Shown here one piece after another: positions 31,893 through 41,559 of a DNA stretch of 64,000 nucleotides. The notes below the pieces were generated by a model. The model had not been told where the DNA came from, made no database searches, and saw only the letters and a program-made list of their open reading frames with translations. The translations under genes and the position numbers were made by a program. Source of the DNA: an uncultured Bacteroidales bacterium (lineage in GTDB: Bacteria > Bacteroidota > Bacteroidia > Bacteroidales > VadinHA17); assembly GCA_963725785.1 (NCBI GenBank), contig CAVRZV010000016.1, forward strand, positions 251,171 through 315,170. Reading direction: 5' to 3'. Numbering within the stretch: position 1 is the first letter of the stretch; each line of letters opens with the position of its first letter.

Positions 31893-31962
31893 AGGGGAGA
31901 AAGGGTGACTGGGAGAGCTGGTATCTTAACGATCTTTGCGTAAAAACTTTGCGATCTTTGCG
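31863..31962. repeat. two adjacent direct-repeat arrays: GGGAGAR x4 then CTTTGCG x3
   Basis: GGGAGAA/G at 31863, 31871, 31895, 31911, overlapping the last dxs codons. CTTTGCG at 31934, 31947, 31956, with GATCTTTGCG occurring twice. Confidence 0.6.
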
Positions 31963-32004
31963 GTTAATGGATTTTTTTCTATTTTCGCAGTCCTATCTTT
32001 TCAG

Positions 32005-32088
32005 GCCCGGATGGCGGAATTGGTAGACGCGCTGGTCTCAAACACCAGTGGTAGCAATGCTGTGCCGGTTCGATCCCGGCTCCGGGTA
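32005..32088 (+). tRNA. tRNA-Leu (anticodon CAA)
   Basis: Acceptor GCCCGGA/TCCGGGT, anticodon stem-loop ctggt-CTCAAAC-accag, a long variable arm, and T-arm gccggTTCGATCccggc. Confidence 0.9.
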
Positions 32089-32093
32089 CATTT

Positions 32094-32130
32094 AAAACCA
32101 ACTATTTGATTATTAATGGTTGGTTTTTGT
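32094..32130 (+). terminator. hairpin plus T-run after tRNA-Leu
   Basis: aaaaccaac (32094-32102) pairs with gttggtttt (32119-32127). The T-run runs into the stem. Confidence 0.45.
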
Positions 32131-32295
32131 ATTTATAGCGATTTGCACCTATTCAAGATCATTTTAAATTTCTGCAATGAATTGAGCCAATAGAAGATTT
32201 ATTGCAGTTATACTCCCTTATTTAATTGATAGAAGTACAAATCTTGCTTATCTTTAATTCTGAAGAAATTAGTTGTCCATAATATTTAAAACATA

Positions 32296-33837
32296 ATGAT
32301 ATCATTAAGAACCTTCATTTACATTACTATTGCCACTTTAGGGGCAATTTCTCACAATACATATTCACAGTCCGTTTCAAAAATTAATAAGTTAATATCC
32401 AGGTGTCAGGAAGGTGACCAAAGTGCCTGTAAATCATTAAGCATTATTGTTAAAAATGAAAATAATCCGATAGGTCAGTTCCAGGCAATAAAAGGTATTA
32501 CTGATCAGAGTGTTCTTATTGAGGTTGCATGTAGCACAAAAAATAATCAACTTTTATTGACTGCTCTGGATAAAATTACCGATCAGCAATATTTGTTGGA
32601 ATTTGTTAGTAAACATATTGATGAATCAGGCTTGCATGCTTTAAGAAACATTGACGATTTGGAGAAAAGTAAAATACTATTGAGTAAATTCATCAAGAGT
32701 GGCAATGAATATGATCCAATTTTAAAGCAAGACAAGAAGATTAATTATCATGATTTCTATGCTAAGGATTCTGATCCAAGAATATGGGCTTATGAACCAG
32801 TATTTAAGAAATACTTTAAGAAACTATTTTTTGATATACGAATAAATTATTACGTACGTACCTATACTTCCAATCACGGTGCTAAAGAAAATGTAACTTT
32901 CAAGGATTATGATGTGAAAATATTAGAAGGAGATCAGTTGATTTTTTCACAGGAGTACAAAAGTTTTCCTCCGCAGGGTATAACTTTAGATAACCCTGAT
33001 ACTCCGATTGCTACTGTAACAAGTCTGGGTGACCCTTTTTATAAATCTGATGGCGGTCAGGATGATGTAATAAAATTGATATTCTCCAGAATACCTGAAA
33101 ATGAATACTTGTATGTATACGAAAATCTTGTTTCTGATTGGTTGCGAAATTTAATGAATTACAGTAGTTTTCACATCAAGAAAATGACTAAGGAGATGCT
33201 TAACAATGGGTTCTCGACAATAACCACTCCCCCCATAATCACCGAAGGACTTCTATCATACTATACTTTCGATTATAAGCATAGTAATAAAAGTTATATC
33301 AATGATTATGATGGTATCCACGGTGGTAGCATTTCCAAAGATGTTCCTGGTAAAGCGGGATATTCGATGCAATTTTTCTACCACCCTTTACATTTTTCAA
33401 AAGCATTTTTTCCCAGCATTAATAAAGAATGGACTATATCTTTCTGGATAAAAACCTGTAGTAATGATTTTGTCATTTACTGTCAGAATGATAAAAAGAA
33501 ATCCAATTATATTTCAATAAACAGTTCGAATAAATTGGAAGTAAATAACTCGTTAAATGGAATTTTTTCGAATGATTTATCAGAAAGCCTGTTGAATAAC
33601 CAATGGCATATGTTATCAATAACCAGGGATAGTAAAATGATTTTAAAGTATTTCATCGATAGTAAATTGCAGGAAAGCATGAGCAGTTCCTGGGATTGGG
33701 GTGGTAGTTCGACAATAATAGGAGGTAATTCTGATCATAACAATTATTTCTTTGTAGGGAAAATGGATAATCTTAGGATCTATGATAGGGTTTTATCACA
33801 AGAAGAAATTTTACAAATATTTGATGCTGTACAATAA
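32296..33837 (+). CDS. secreted protein with a C-terminal LamG/concanavalin-like domain
   Basis: 513 aa with a signal peptide. The C-terminal ...FVGKMDNLRIYDRVLSQEEI is the typical end of LamG_3 domains. Confidence 0.6.
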   Translation: MISLRTFIYITIATLGAISHNTYSQSVSKINKLISRCQEGDQSACKSLSIIVKNENNPIGQFQAIKGITDQSVLIEVACSTKNNQLLLTALDKITDQQYLLEFVSKHIDESGLHALRNIDDLEKSKILLSKFIKSGNEYDPILKQDKKINYHDFYAKDSDPRIWAYEPVFKKYFKKLFFDIRINYYVRTYTSNHGAKENVTFKDYDVKILEGDQLIFSQEYKSFPPQGITLDNPDTPIATVTSLGDPFYKSDGGQDDVIKLIFSRIPENEYLYVYENLVSDWLRNLMNYSSFHIKKMTKEMLNNGFSTITTPPIITEGLLSYYTFDYKHSNKSYINDYDGIHGGSISKDVPGKAGYSMQFFYHPLHFSKAFFPSINKEWTISFWIKTCSNDFVIYCQNDKKKSNYISINSSNKLEVNNSLNGIFSNDLSESLLNNQWHMLSITRDSKMILKYFIDSKLQESMSSSWDWGGSSTIIGGNSDHNNYFFVGKMDNLRIYDRVLSQEEILQIFDAVQ

Positions 33838-34008
33838 GGTTAAGAGCAGATCTGTATTTGGACTTGCCCAAAGGGAATAACCTGCCATACCATTATATGC
33901 AAATTGGTATTTGGGTATGCATTCTTCTGAAAAATTTATTTTCATCATATTTTGAACTTTTATTATTCTGTTGTGTTTAATTAGTCTAAATAAACAAATA
34001 ATGAAGTT

Positions 34009-34416
34009 ATGAATAATTTAATTGTTTCCAAAAGCAGATTAATAACAGGTATCAGCCTGCTTTTTGCAATTCTCAGCATTTCATACAGTTGCAATAAATC
34101 ATCCGATAGCAGTATGACCGGAAATACCGGCGGTACAGGGGGAACAGGTGGTACCGGAGGACCAGGAGTGAATGAAGTCTTTATACAGGGAATGGCATTT
34201 AACCCTTCAACAATCACAGTTTCTGCAAATACTACTATTACATGGACTAATAAAGATGCAGTATCCCACACAGTTACAAGCGACACCGGGCTATTCGACT
34301 CCGGGACAATCGGTCCGAATGGAACTTACAGCCACACATTTGCAACTGCCGCATCTTACCCGTACCATTGTAAGATACACCCAACAATGACTGCATCAGT
34401 TACTGTTACCAACTGA
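34009..34416 (+). CDS. cupredoxin (plastocyanin/amicyanin-like blue copper) lipoprotein
   Basis: 135 aa with a lipobox (SISYSC) and a Gly/Thr linker (TGGTGGTGGTGGPG). The type-1 Cu ligand pattern is H (AVSHTV) ... C-x2-H-x2-M (HCKIHPTM). Confidence 0.75.
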   Translation: MNNLIVSKSRLITGISLLFAILSISYSCNKSSDSSMTGNTGGTGGTGGTGGPGVNEVFIQGMAFNPSTITVSANTTITWTNKDAVSHTVTSDTGLFDSGTIGPNGTYSHTFATAASYPYHCKIHPTMTASVTVTN

Positions 34417-34504
34417 TATTAGTTTCTACATGGAAATTTACTACTAAGATGATTCCCCTGCCACAAAAAAACTGAAACGAGGGGAATATCTCAATATAGA
34501 TCCA

Positions 34505-34535
34505 TCCATCCGGTATCTAATCCGGATGGATTTTT
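34505..34535 (+). terminator. Rho-independent terminator after the cupredoxin gene
   Basis: tccatccgg (34505-34513) pairs with ccggatgga (34522-34530), followed by ttttt. Confidence 0.65.
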
Positions 34536-34568
34536 GATTTTATACAGAATTAAAAGCAACAGTGTTTC

Positions 34569-35892
34569 TTATCTGCGTGCTCTGATAAGGCTAACAAGAT
34601 CTTCACCAACAACTCTGAATTTCTCGGTATTCTGAGGTGGAATAAGGTAAATGATGCTGCCGGGCTCCAGTCCCTTCTCAACAATTACATGTTTCTCGTT
34701 CGATTCACCAAGTAAAACAATCTCTTTTGTTTTGTTTTTCCCGTATACAAAAGGAATACTGTCGGATCCGGTTTGCACGCATTCGGTAGGAATAAATATG
34801 GCATCATTATAGGTTTTAATAATTATCTTGTTACCGGTAGTCATTGTAGGCCTGAGAGCTGGATCCGAACCATCGACTCTTATCTGTACCTCAAACATTT
34901 TCGAATCGGAATTCGGCAATTGTTCACCAATATTTGCAATAGTAAGTACAGTACCGTTATATGACTTTTCAGGAAATGCATCAACATTGATATTAACTTT
35001 CTGTCCCGGCTTGACTTTACTTATATCGATTTCATTAACATAGACTTTTGAAATCATTGATGAAAGATCAGGAAGTGTTGCAATTACCCGGTCAAAAGGA
35101 TTTATTGTTGATCCGGCTTTTCTTTTAGTGCCATTCCTGTCTTTTTTATAGATTACCATACCTGATGCCGGTGCTGTTATTGTAAACTTTGATATAAAAT
35201 TCTGAAGATCATCAACAAGTCTTATTTGTCTCGTAAGATGCATTTTCTGGTGGTTCAGATCAGCTGTTGACTGAGCAACATACAGAGAATATGATTTTAT
35301 TTTCTGATCGAGTGCTCTTTTGGCTTTATCCAGGGCAATTTCTGCCTGACGGATTGTTGCAGGAGGCTCATATTTTGACTGCGCAAGAGTAATGGCTGCC
35401 TCTTCCACTACAAACCGTTGATTTTTAATATCGTCACGCTGGTTAGTCAGCACTACCGCCGTATCGAGTATTTTCATATCCACGTTATTCTGCATCGTTT
35501 TAAGGTTTTCAAGTTCATCTTTAAGCGTGTTTGCATAAGATGACCTGTCGAGCTGTGCAATATAATCACCTTCTTTTACGACAGTACCTTCAGGTACAAT
35601 GTCCTGTATCTTAAGATCCATTGCATGCATGTCATGACCACCACCACCACCACCGCTACGGCCTCCGCCGCCTCCGCCGCCCCGATCCGATCCCATACCT
35701 ATTTCGGGTCCTTTAATATCAATTGATTTTTCTGCAATTAACTCACCTGAATTTGTCACTGTTATTTCAAAAAGCCCTTTTTTAACCTCTGTATATGAAT
35801 TATCATTCACCTTTTCTTGATGTCATTCTGTTGAAAACTACCAATGCAATAATGGCCAGAACAACTCCACCAATAACCAGTATTCTTTTCAT
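34569..35892 (-). pseudogene. HlyD/MFP-family periplasmic adaptor with a poly-Gly insertion; N-terminal anchor in a different frame
   Basis: The 413-aa body has a GTG ORF start at 35810 and coiled-coil, beta-barrel and lipoyl-like regions. The TM anchor MKRILVIGGVVLAIIALVVF starts at 35892 in another frame and stops at TGA right at the junction (agaaaaggtgaatga). Confidence 0.7.
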
Positions 35893-36066
35893 TTTTATTT
35901 TATTTTTAAATCTCATGATCTTCGTGAAGAATTTAATGTGAAATATAAATATAATTAGAGTCACAGCTGATATTTTAAGGTAATCTTAACAATATCCGGG
36001 CATTTTTCGCAGGAATTGCATAAGTGAAGAAGTTATTGAAGATTATTTCTTTTGAAAAGGTTGAAA

Positions 36067-37815
36067 TTATTTTACTCTGAAGGAAGCAGATGAATAACCT
36101 GTTTTCCCATCGGAGGTTATCCCTTCGACAACAATTGTATAATCGGCTGATTCATCGGAGGTGAAAAAAGCTAATTTCGGCTTTCCATCCTTCCTGGTAT
36201 GCAGATCAGGTTTCCAGAATAATGTATTCCGGAAATCAGGTATACGGCTATCTTTAATTACCACAGTACTATAATCGGGAGAATAAAAATTATTCTGAAT
36301 CTGACATCCTTCATATACTTGCCTGAAAATTGAGTTGTCAAATTCCATAACACTCAGATTTCCCTTTTTAGTAACAAAACTTACAATCCCGTCAAAAACA
36401 TTTTCTGAAAAGAAATATCTGGTATTGATTACATCTGCTCTTTCAATCTCTTTTGAATTAATACTTAATACCTTTTCAAAATCATAGACCGGCACTCCAT
36501 CGACTAAGACCAGAGGCTTATTTTCAAAAGGCTGACCCCTGAATTTGTTAATAAGCTTAAAATCATACTTCCCGTTTTGTTTAAGAGTATAGACATTAGG
36601 AATTATCTCTTTAACAACTTCTCTTAATGAAGTAAGTTCAATATAATCAGCCATTTTTATAGTGTTTTCAGGCTTTCCGTAAAAATCAGGAATAACGGAT
36701 TTTGATTCATCAGGTCTGTTTTGTCTGAATGGCTCATAGATATTATTGATCTGCATGCTTACAATAACTTTATTTATCTCATTCTATTTTACTGCTGTCA
36801 AGATAAAATGCTACCGGTTTAAATTTGCTGAATGAACTGCTGAATGGCTGATTAAGTTCAATATAATATCCCGATAATATCAGTAGATAAAGGTTGAATT
36901 ACTATTTCATTCAGCCCTGACTCTTTAATAACAAAATTGAACTCTCCGTTTTCGTCTGTTTTGCCAAACTGGCACCGGGCAGTTTTCCCGACAAAGGAGA
37001 GTGACAGATCTGTATTCTTCAATGGTTCATCAGTGGCTTTTAACCGGATGATAACCACTTATAAGATGTCCCTCAAGTTCGGCAAGATATCCCTGGTCAC
37101 CCACTCTTCTTACGGTCCATCATTTCCGGTTAAAACAATAAAAACTTGTCGAACCTGTCGAATTGATAACAGCAGATTTTGCTACTGAAACCGACAAGTC
37201 CGTTTCAACCGGATTACCTGCCATATCGGTGGCAGAAATCTCTATTTTTACTTTTTCCCTTGATGAATATTCAGGTTTTTCAAGAGTGATTGTATAATTT
37301 AATCTGCTTTTATTCTCGCTCTGAAACAGATCTCCTGGTTATCAGACTTCCATCTTCATCAGTAAGTAATTGATTCGGACAGACCACTCATAATTGAGAT
37401 GGCGGAGTCAGAATCTACTGGTCACTCCTGAAGGAAGTTTAAGATGATCAATACTTTCAAAAGGATTGATCACAGATATGGTTTTATAGAAAAACTGATC
37501 AGTCGAAAAATTCTTCATCCAGTTTGTATATGCCCTTATAATATAATTGCCTGAACTTATATTATCAGGAAGAATGAAACTTGATGAACCGGAACTATTT
37601 TCAGTTTTTACTTTTAATTGTCTTAAGGGGAAGTTGTTTTTATCAAGCATTTCCAGATAAACAACTTTGCTGATATCAGATGGAGTATGAGTCAGTCCGT
37701 TCAGTTTATAGACTTTAAACCATACCTGTTCTCCGGTAATATATATATCACGATCCGTCCTTACAAAAAGCTCCTCTTTAAAGTTTCTTATATCCGATAT
37801 CTGCCGGTTTATCAC
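36067..37815 (-). pseudogene. large MG2 (alpha-2-macroglobulin-like) domain protein, 5 or more frameshifts
   Basis: The MG2-like N-terminus (RTDRDIYITGEQVWFKVY), the middle fragments (36858-37058 and other frames) and the C-terminal 229-aa ORF are colinear but lie in different frames. Confidence 0.6.
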
Positions 37816-37933
37816 TTAATTGCTGAGAATATAATTGCTGGCTAACAAGAAATCAGGATAGAATTAAAAATCCTGACATTCAGTCAAATATTCTGTTCCT
37901 TAACAAATTAATTATTTTATAAGATTCCTCATA

Positions 37934-39165
37934 TTAATTTAAGTCTATCCAGAAATCTGGTTTTTTCGTTGTTCCGGTCAACTCACAATTTGCACATTCC
38001 GGTTTTGTAAATACCATTTTTTCAAGCTGACTTGTTCCCGGAACATATTTTGGTTCAATAAAAGAATACTCTGAATGTTATACAAAAACATTCATATACA
38101 TCGTCCCATGTATCAGTCGGCCCATCAGGAACCTGTAAATCGGCGGATCCTTTTCTACTCTTTCACACGGATAATAATAAAAAGGCAGATTCATGTTCTG
38201 CAATTTCACTGAATACAATGTATTTTCTTTTCTGCTTTACAGCTGAGACCTGGAAATAACCTAGAACCCTTTCTTTCGGATTATTTATGTTATGAATATT
38301 ACTGATTACGGAAAATGGTTGTTTTGCAAAGATATCTCCCCCACTCTCATTTACCTGTTTCATATTATTCCAGAAATCGTACTCTTTTTTTGAAATTGAA
38401 TACTGGCTTACAAGAATGCTGTATTGAAGCAACAATCTGTCGGACTTATCAGATGCAATAAATAAGATTGGTTCCTTTTTATTTGTGTTAATTCTCCGTC
38501 ATAAATAGAGTGAATCAGTATTTCATCGGATTTTTTACTTTTCCAGCAGAATTCCTTTATTATGGCAACAGGAACAATTGTACAGTCGGCAACATTAAAA
38601 TCAAACTTTTTCGGATATGGCACTTTGAATTTCCAGGTCTCCTCATAAGCCCACCGATAATATTGATTATTATCTCCCTCTTTTGAATCGAGATAAATAC
38701 TTATCCCATCCTGGGACTGAGTTCCATTATTAGACAACCTTCTGATCTTTGGCAAAATAAATGAGTCAATATCCGGAACAGACTGCATCAGGCATGGATC
38801 TGATTCAAATTCTTCACCATCATGAGTAAGTATATGCAAAATATATGTTTTGCCGATAGTTCCCTTAAATTCAATACTATCTGTTTTATAGATTCCATTA
38901 CCCTTGCTTTTCAGATAGCTTTTATTGCCTGTATCATCGGAAATAAAGACAGTTGCATCAGAGATAGTCAGTTGGGACGGAATTCTGATCCTGAAATGTT
39001 CTTGACAACTTAATTGTATAGGAGGTATTTGCATCGGTAATCAGACCATCAACAACCAAGAGGGATGTCATAACCGGCAAGTTTTGGACTATACGGGTCA
39101 ATACATGTGCAGAGTGTAAAGACAGCAATCAGGTAATTATAGATTTGGGCCCCAGCTTTTAACAT
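37934..39165 (-). pseudogene. DUF4249-like lipoprotein, tandem copy A, multiple frameshifts
   Basis: It starts MLKAGAQ...LCTCIDPYSPKL and ends ...KKPDFWIDLN*. It is colinear with copy B but broken into 4 or more frames. Confidence 0.65.
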
Positions 39166-39308
39166 GAAGCCGATTTTGTTTTATTGATCATTTCAATGAA
39201 CAGTAATGGATCGGGAAGCAAAAATAATATTTATTATGCACCATTATCTCTTCATTGAAAAGATTCTCATATAAAAACGACAATTAACTATTAACGGCTA
39301 ATGCTATA

Positions 39309-40533
39309 TCAATCTAAGTCAACCCAGAAATCCGGTTTTGGTCGGATTCCGGTCAATTCACAATTTGCACATTCAGGCCTGGCAAATACCAGATTTTGAA
39401 GCTTAGTTGTGCCCGGAATATAGTTTGGCTCAACAAAATAATAAGTCGATGTTATACAAAACATTTCATAAAGATCATCCCATGTGATTGGAGGTCCAAA
39501 TCCGGTCAAAAAATCCCCTGGCTCTTTCACAAATCGTTCACACTGAAACTGATAAAAAGGGAGATCAAGTCCTGCAACATCACTGAATATAATGTTTTTT
39601 CTTTTTTGTTTTACAGCTGAGACCTGGAAATAACCTAAAACACGTTCTCTGGATTATTTATATTATGAATATTACTGATAACTGCAAATGGTTGTTTTGC
39701 AAAGATATCTCCGCCACTTTCATTTACCTGCTTCAGATTATTCCAGAAATCGTATTCTTTTTTTGAAATAGAATACTGCTTGACTAAAATACTGTATTGC
39801 ACAAGTAGCCTGTCGGATTTATCAGATGCAATAAAGAATAATGGTTGCTTCTCAATACGGTTATTTTCTCGGCATAAATCGAATGAATCAGTATTTCATC
39901 AGATTTTCTGCTTTTCCAGCAACAATCCTTTACAGCGGCAACCGGAATGATCGTGCTATCGTTCATATCAAAATCATACTTCTTCGGATACGGAACTTTA
40001 AATTTCCAGGTCTCTTCAAATGTCCAGCGATAATACTGGTTATTATCTCCTCCTTTTGAATCCAGATAAATTTTTATTCCTTCCTGGCTTTCAGTTCCAT
40101 TGTTAACCAGTTCATTGTCCTTTTCAAAATATATACTATCAATATCCGGAACAGACTGCATCAGACAAGGTTCGGATTCATACTCAACACCTTCGTGAGT
40201 AAGTATATGCAAAATATATGTTCTGCCTATAGTTCCCTTAAATTCAATACTATCAGTTATATACATTCCATTACCCTTACTTTTCAGATAGCTTTTGTTG
40301 CCTGTGTCATCAGAAATAAAGAGAGTTGCATCAGAGACAGTAGCCGGGATGGAATTCTGATCCTGAAATGTTCGTGACAACTTTATTGTATGGGAGCTAT
40401 TTGCATCTGTAATCAGACCATCAACAACCAAAATGGAATCATAACCTCTAAGTTTTGGACTATATGGGTCGATACATGTACAGAGTGCAAAGACGATAAG
40501 GATAATAATAGATCTGGGTCCTGGCTTTAACAT
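39309..40533 (-). pseudogene. DUF4249-like lipoprotein, tandem copy B, about 2-3 frameshifts
   Basis: The 249-aa N-terminal ORF (lipobox ALCTC, IDPYSPKL), middle fragments and the 73-aa C-terminal ORF (...PKPDFWVDLD*) are colinear. Confidence 0.65.
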
Positions 40534-40695
40534 GAAACCTTGTTGGTATCACTAATCATTCCAAAAGAACAATAACAGATAGGGTAGTAAAAATAGTATT
40601 AATTATTTACCACTCGGTTTTTATTTGAAACCATTCTGGCATAAAAATGACAATTTCTTTCTGATAATATTTTCACCCGGGATAAAAAATATCTT

Positions 40696-41559
40696 ATGAA
40701 AAGCATTTCAGATTATAAAAATTTGTTATTTCGGGTCATGAAATACATTCGTATTGTCTTCAGGACAACATCCCGGTTAATTATTTTACTTCTGTTCGTA
40801 CCTTACCCTCTTCAGGGACAAGACAGCAGGCTATTAAATATCAATTCGTTAAATGGTTCAAAAGATATGAACCTTTCAACTCTTATTGACCGCCAGCTAC
40901 AGTATATAAAAAGTTCATACTCCGCTAAAATTGAAGTACCAAATGAAATCATTAACGGGAAGGAGTACGAATCATATTACAGACGGAGCCAATCCAAACC
41001 ACTATTATTCCCCGACAAGCCAAGAACTGCAACCCTTTTTACCAGGACAAGACAATACAAAAATCTATACCTTCAATATGATACTTTTCAGGACGAAGTG
41101 ATTTATACTGATAAGAGCAGGACAGTGAATGACAGGTTTCCTCAGATTGCGCTAAATAAAGATATCGTCGAGGGTTTTAATCTTTACTTTGTAGATGACA
41201 GTTTAGTTTTCAGATTCCTCAACCTTTCCGAATGCAGTAAACTTAATCTTACGGAAGGTTTCTATGAAATTGCATATCAGGGGAGAAGCAAATTCGTCAT
41301 TAAACATAAATCGTCTTTTTACCAGAAAGACGGCATAAATGAATACGATCACTTTCTTGAGTACTATATAAGTACTGGTGAGGTATACTATAAAATAAAA
41401 AGCAAGAAAAGTCTTCTGAAATTATTCGGAGAAAAATCCGGTGTGATGAAAAAGTATTTACATGAATCCCGGTTCCGAATGGGACAGGCTGACCGAAACC
41501 AGTTCGTTGATATACTGAAACATTTTGATTCTCTTTTTTTAACCTCCCGGCGACCCTGA
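40696..41559 (+). CDS. hypothetical protein with an N-terminal signal/anchor, translationally coupled to the TonB-dependent receptor
   Basis: 287-aa ORF whose stop overlaps the next start (cTGATGa). I did not recognise a family. Confidence 0.5.
   Translation: MKSISDYKNLLFRVMKYIRIVFRTTSRLIILLLFVPYPLQGQDSRLLNINSLNGSKDMNLSTLIDRQLQYIKSSYSAKIEVPNEIINGKEYESYYRRSQSKPLLFPDKPRTATLFTRTRQYKNLYLQYDTFQDEVIYTDKSRTVNDRFPQIALNKDIVEGFNLYFVDDSLVFRFLNLSECSKLNLTEGFYEIAYQGRSKFVIKHKSSFYQKDGINEYDHFLEYYISTGEVYYKIKSKKSLLKLFGEKSGVMKKYLHESRFRMGQADRNQFVDILKHFDSLFLTSRRP

Larger units (their letters stand above)
37934..40680. repeat. tandem duplication, about 1.37-kb unit x2, roughly 90 percent identity
   Basis: For example, 38822-38965 aligns with 40195-40338 (offset 1373) with about 11 mismatches in about 145 nt. 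The similarity continues into the upstream leaders. Confidence 0.8.

Noticed and set aside
33981-34286. Antisense ORF with PVPPVPPVPPV opposite the cupredoxin gene.
   Set aside because: It is the mirror image of the GGT/ACC-rich Gly-Thr linker. The plus-strand cupredoxin has a lipobox and a complete type-1 copper ligand set.
32089-36066. A prophage or integrative element inserted at tRNA-Leu.
   Set aside because: I saw no integrase, excisionase or phage structural genes and no duplicated tRNA 3' segment. There are only two accessory genes, so it is listed only as a low-interest compositional islet.
39309-39530. The 73-aa ORF (and its copy-A counterpart) as an independent small gene downstream of DUF4249.
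   Set aside because: Reading across the frame changes shows it is the colinear C-terminus (...PKPDFWVDLD) of the about 408-aa DUF4249-type protein, not a separate gene.
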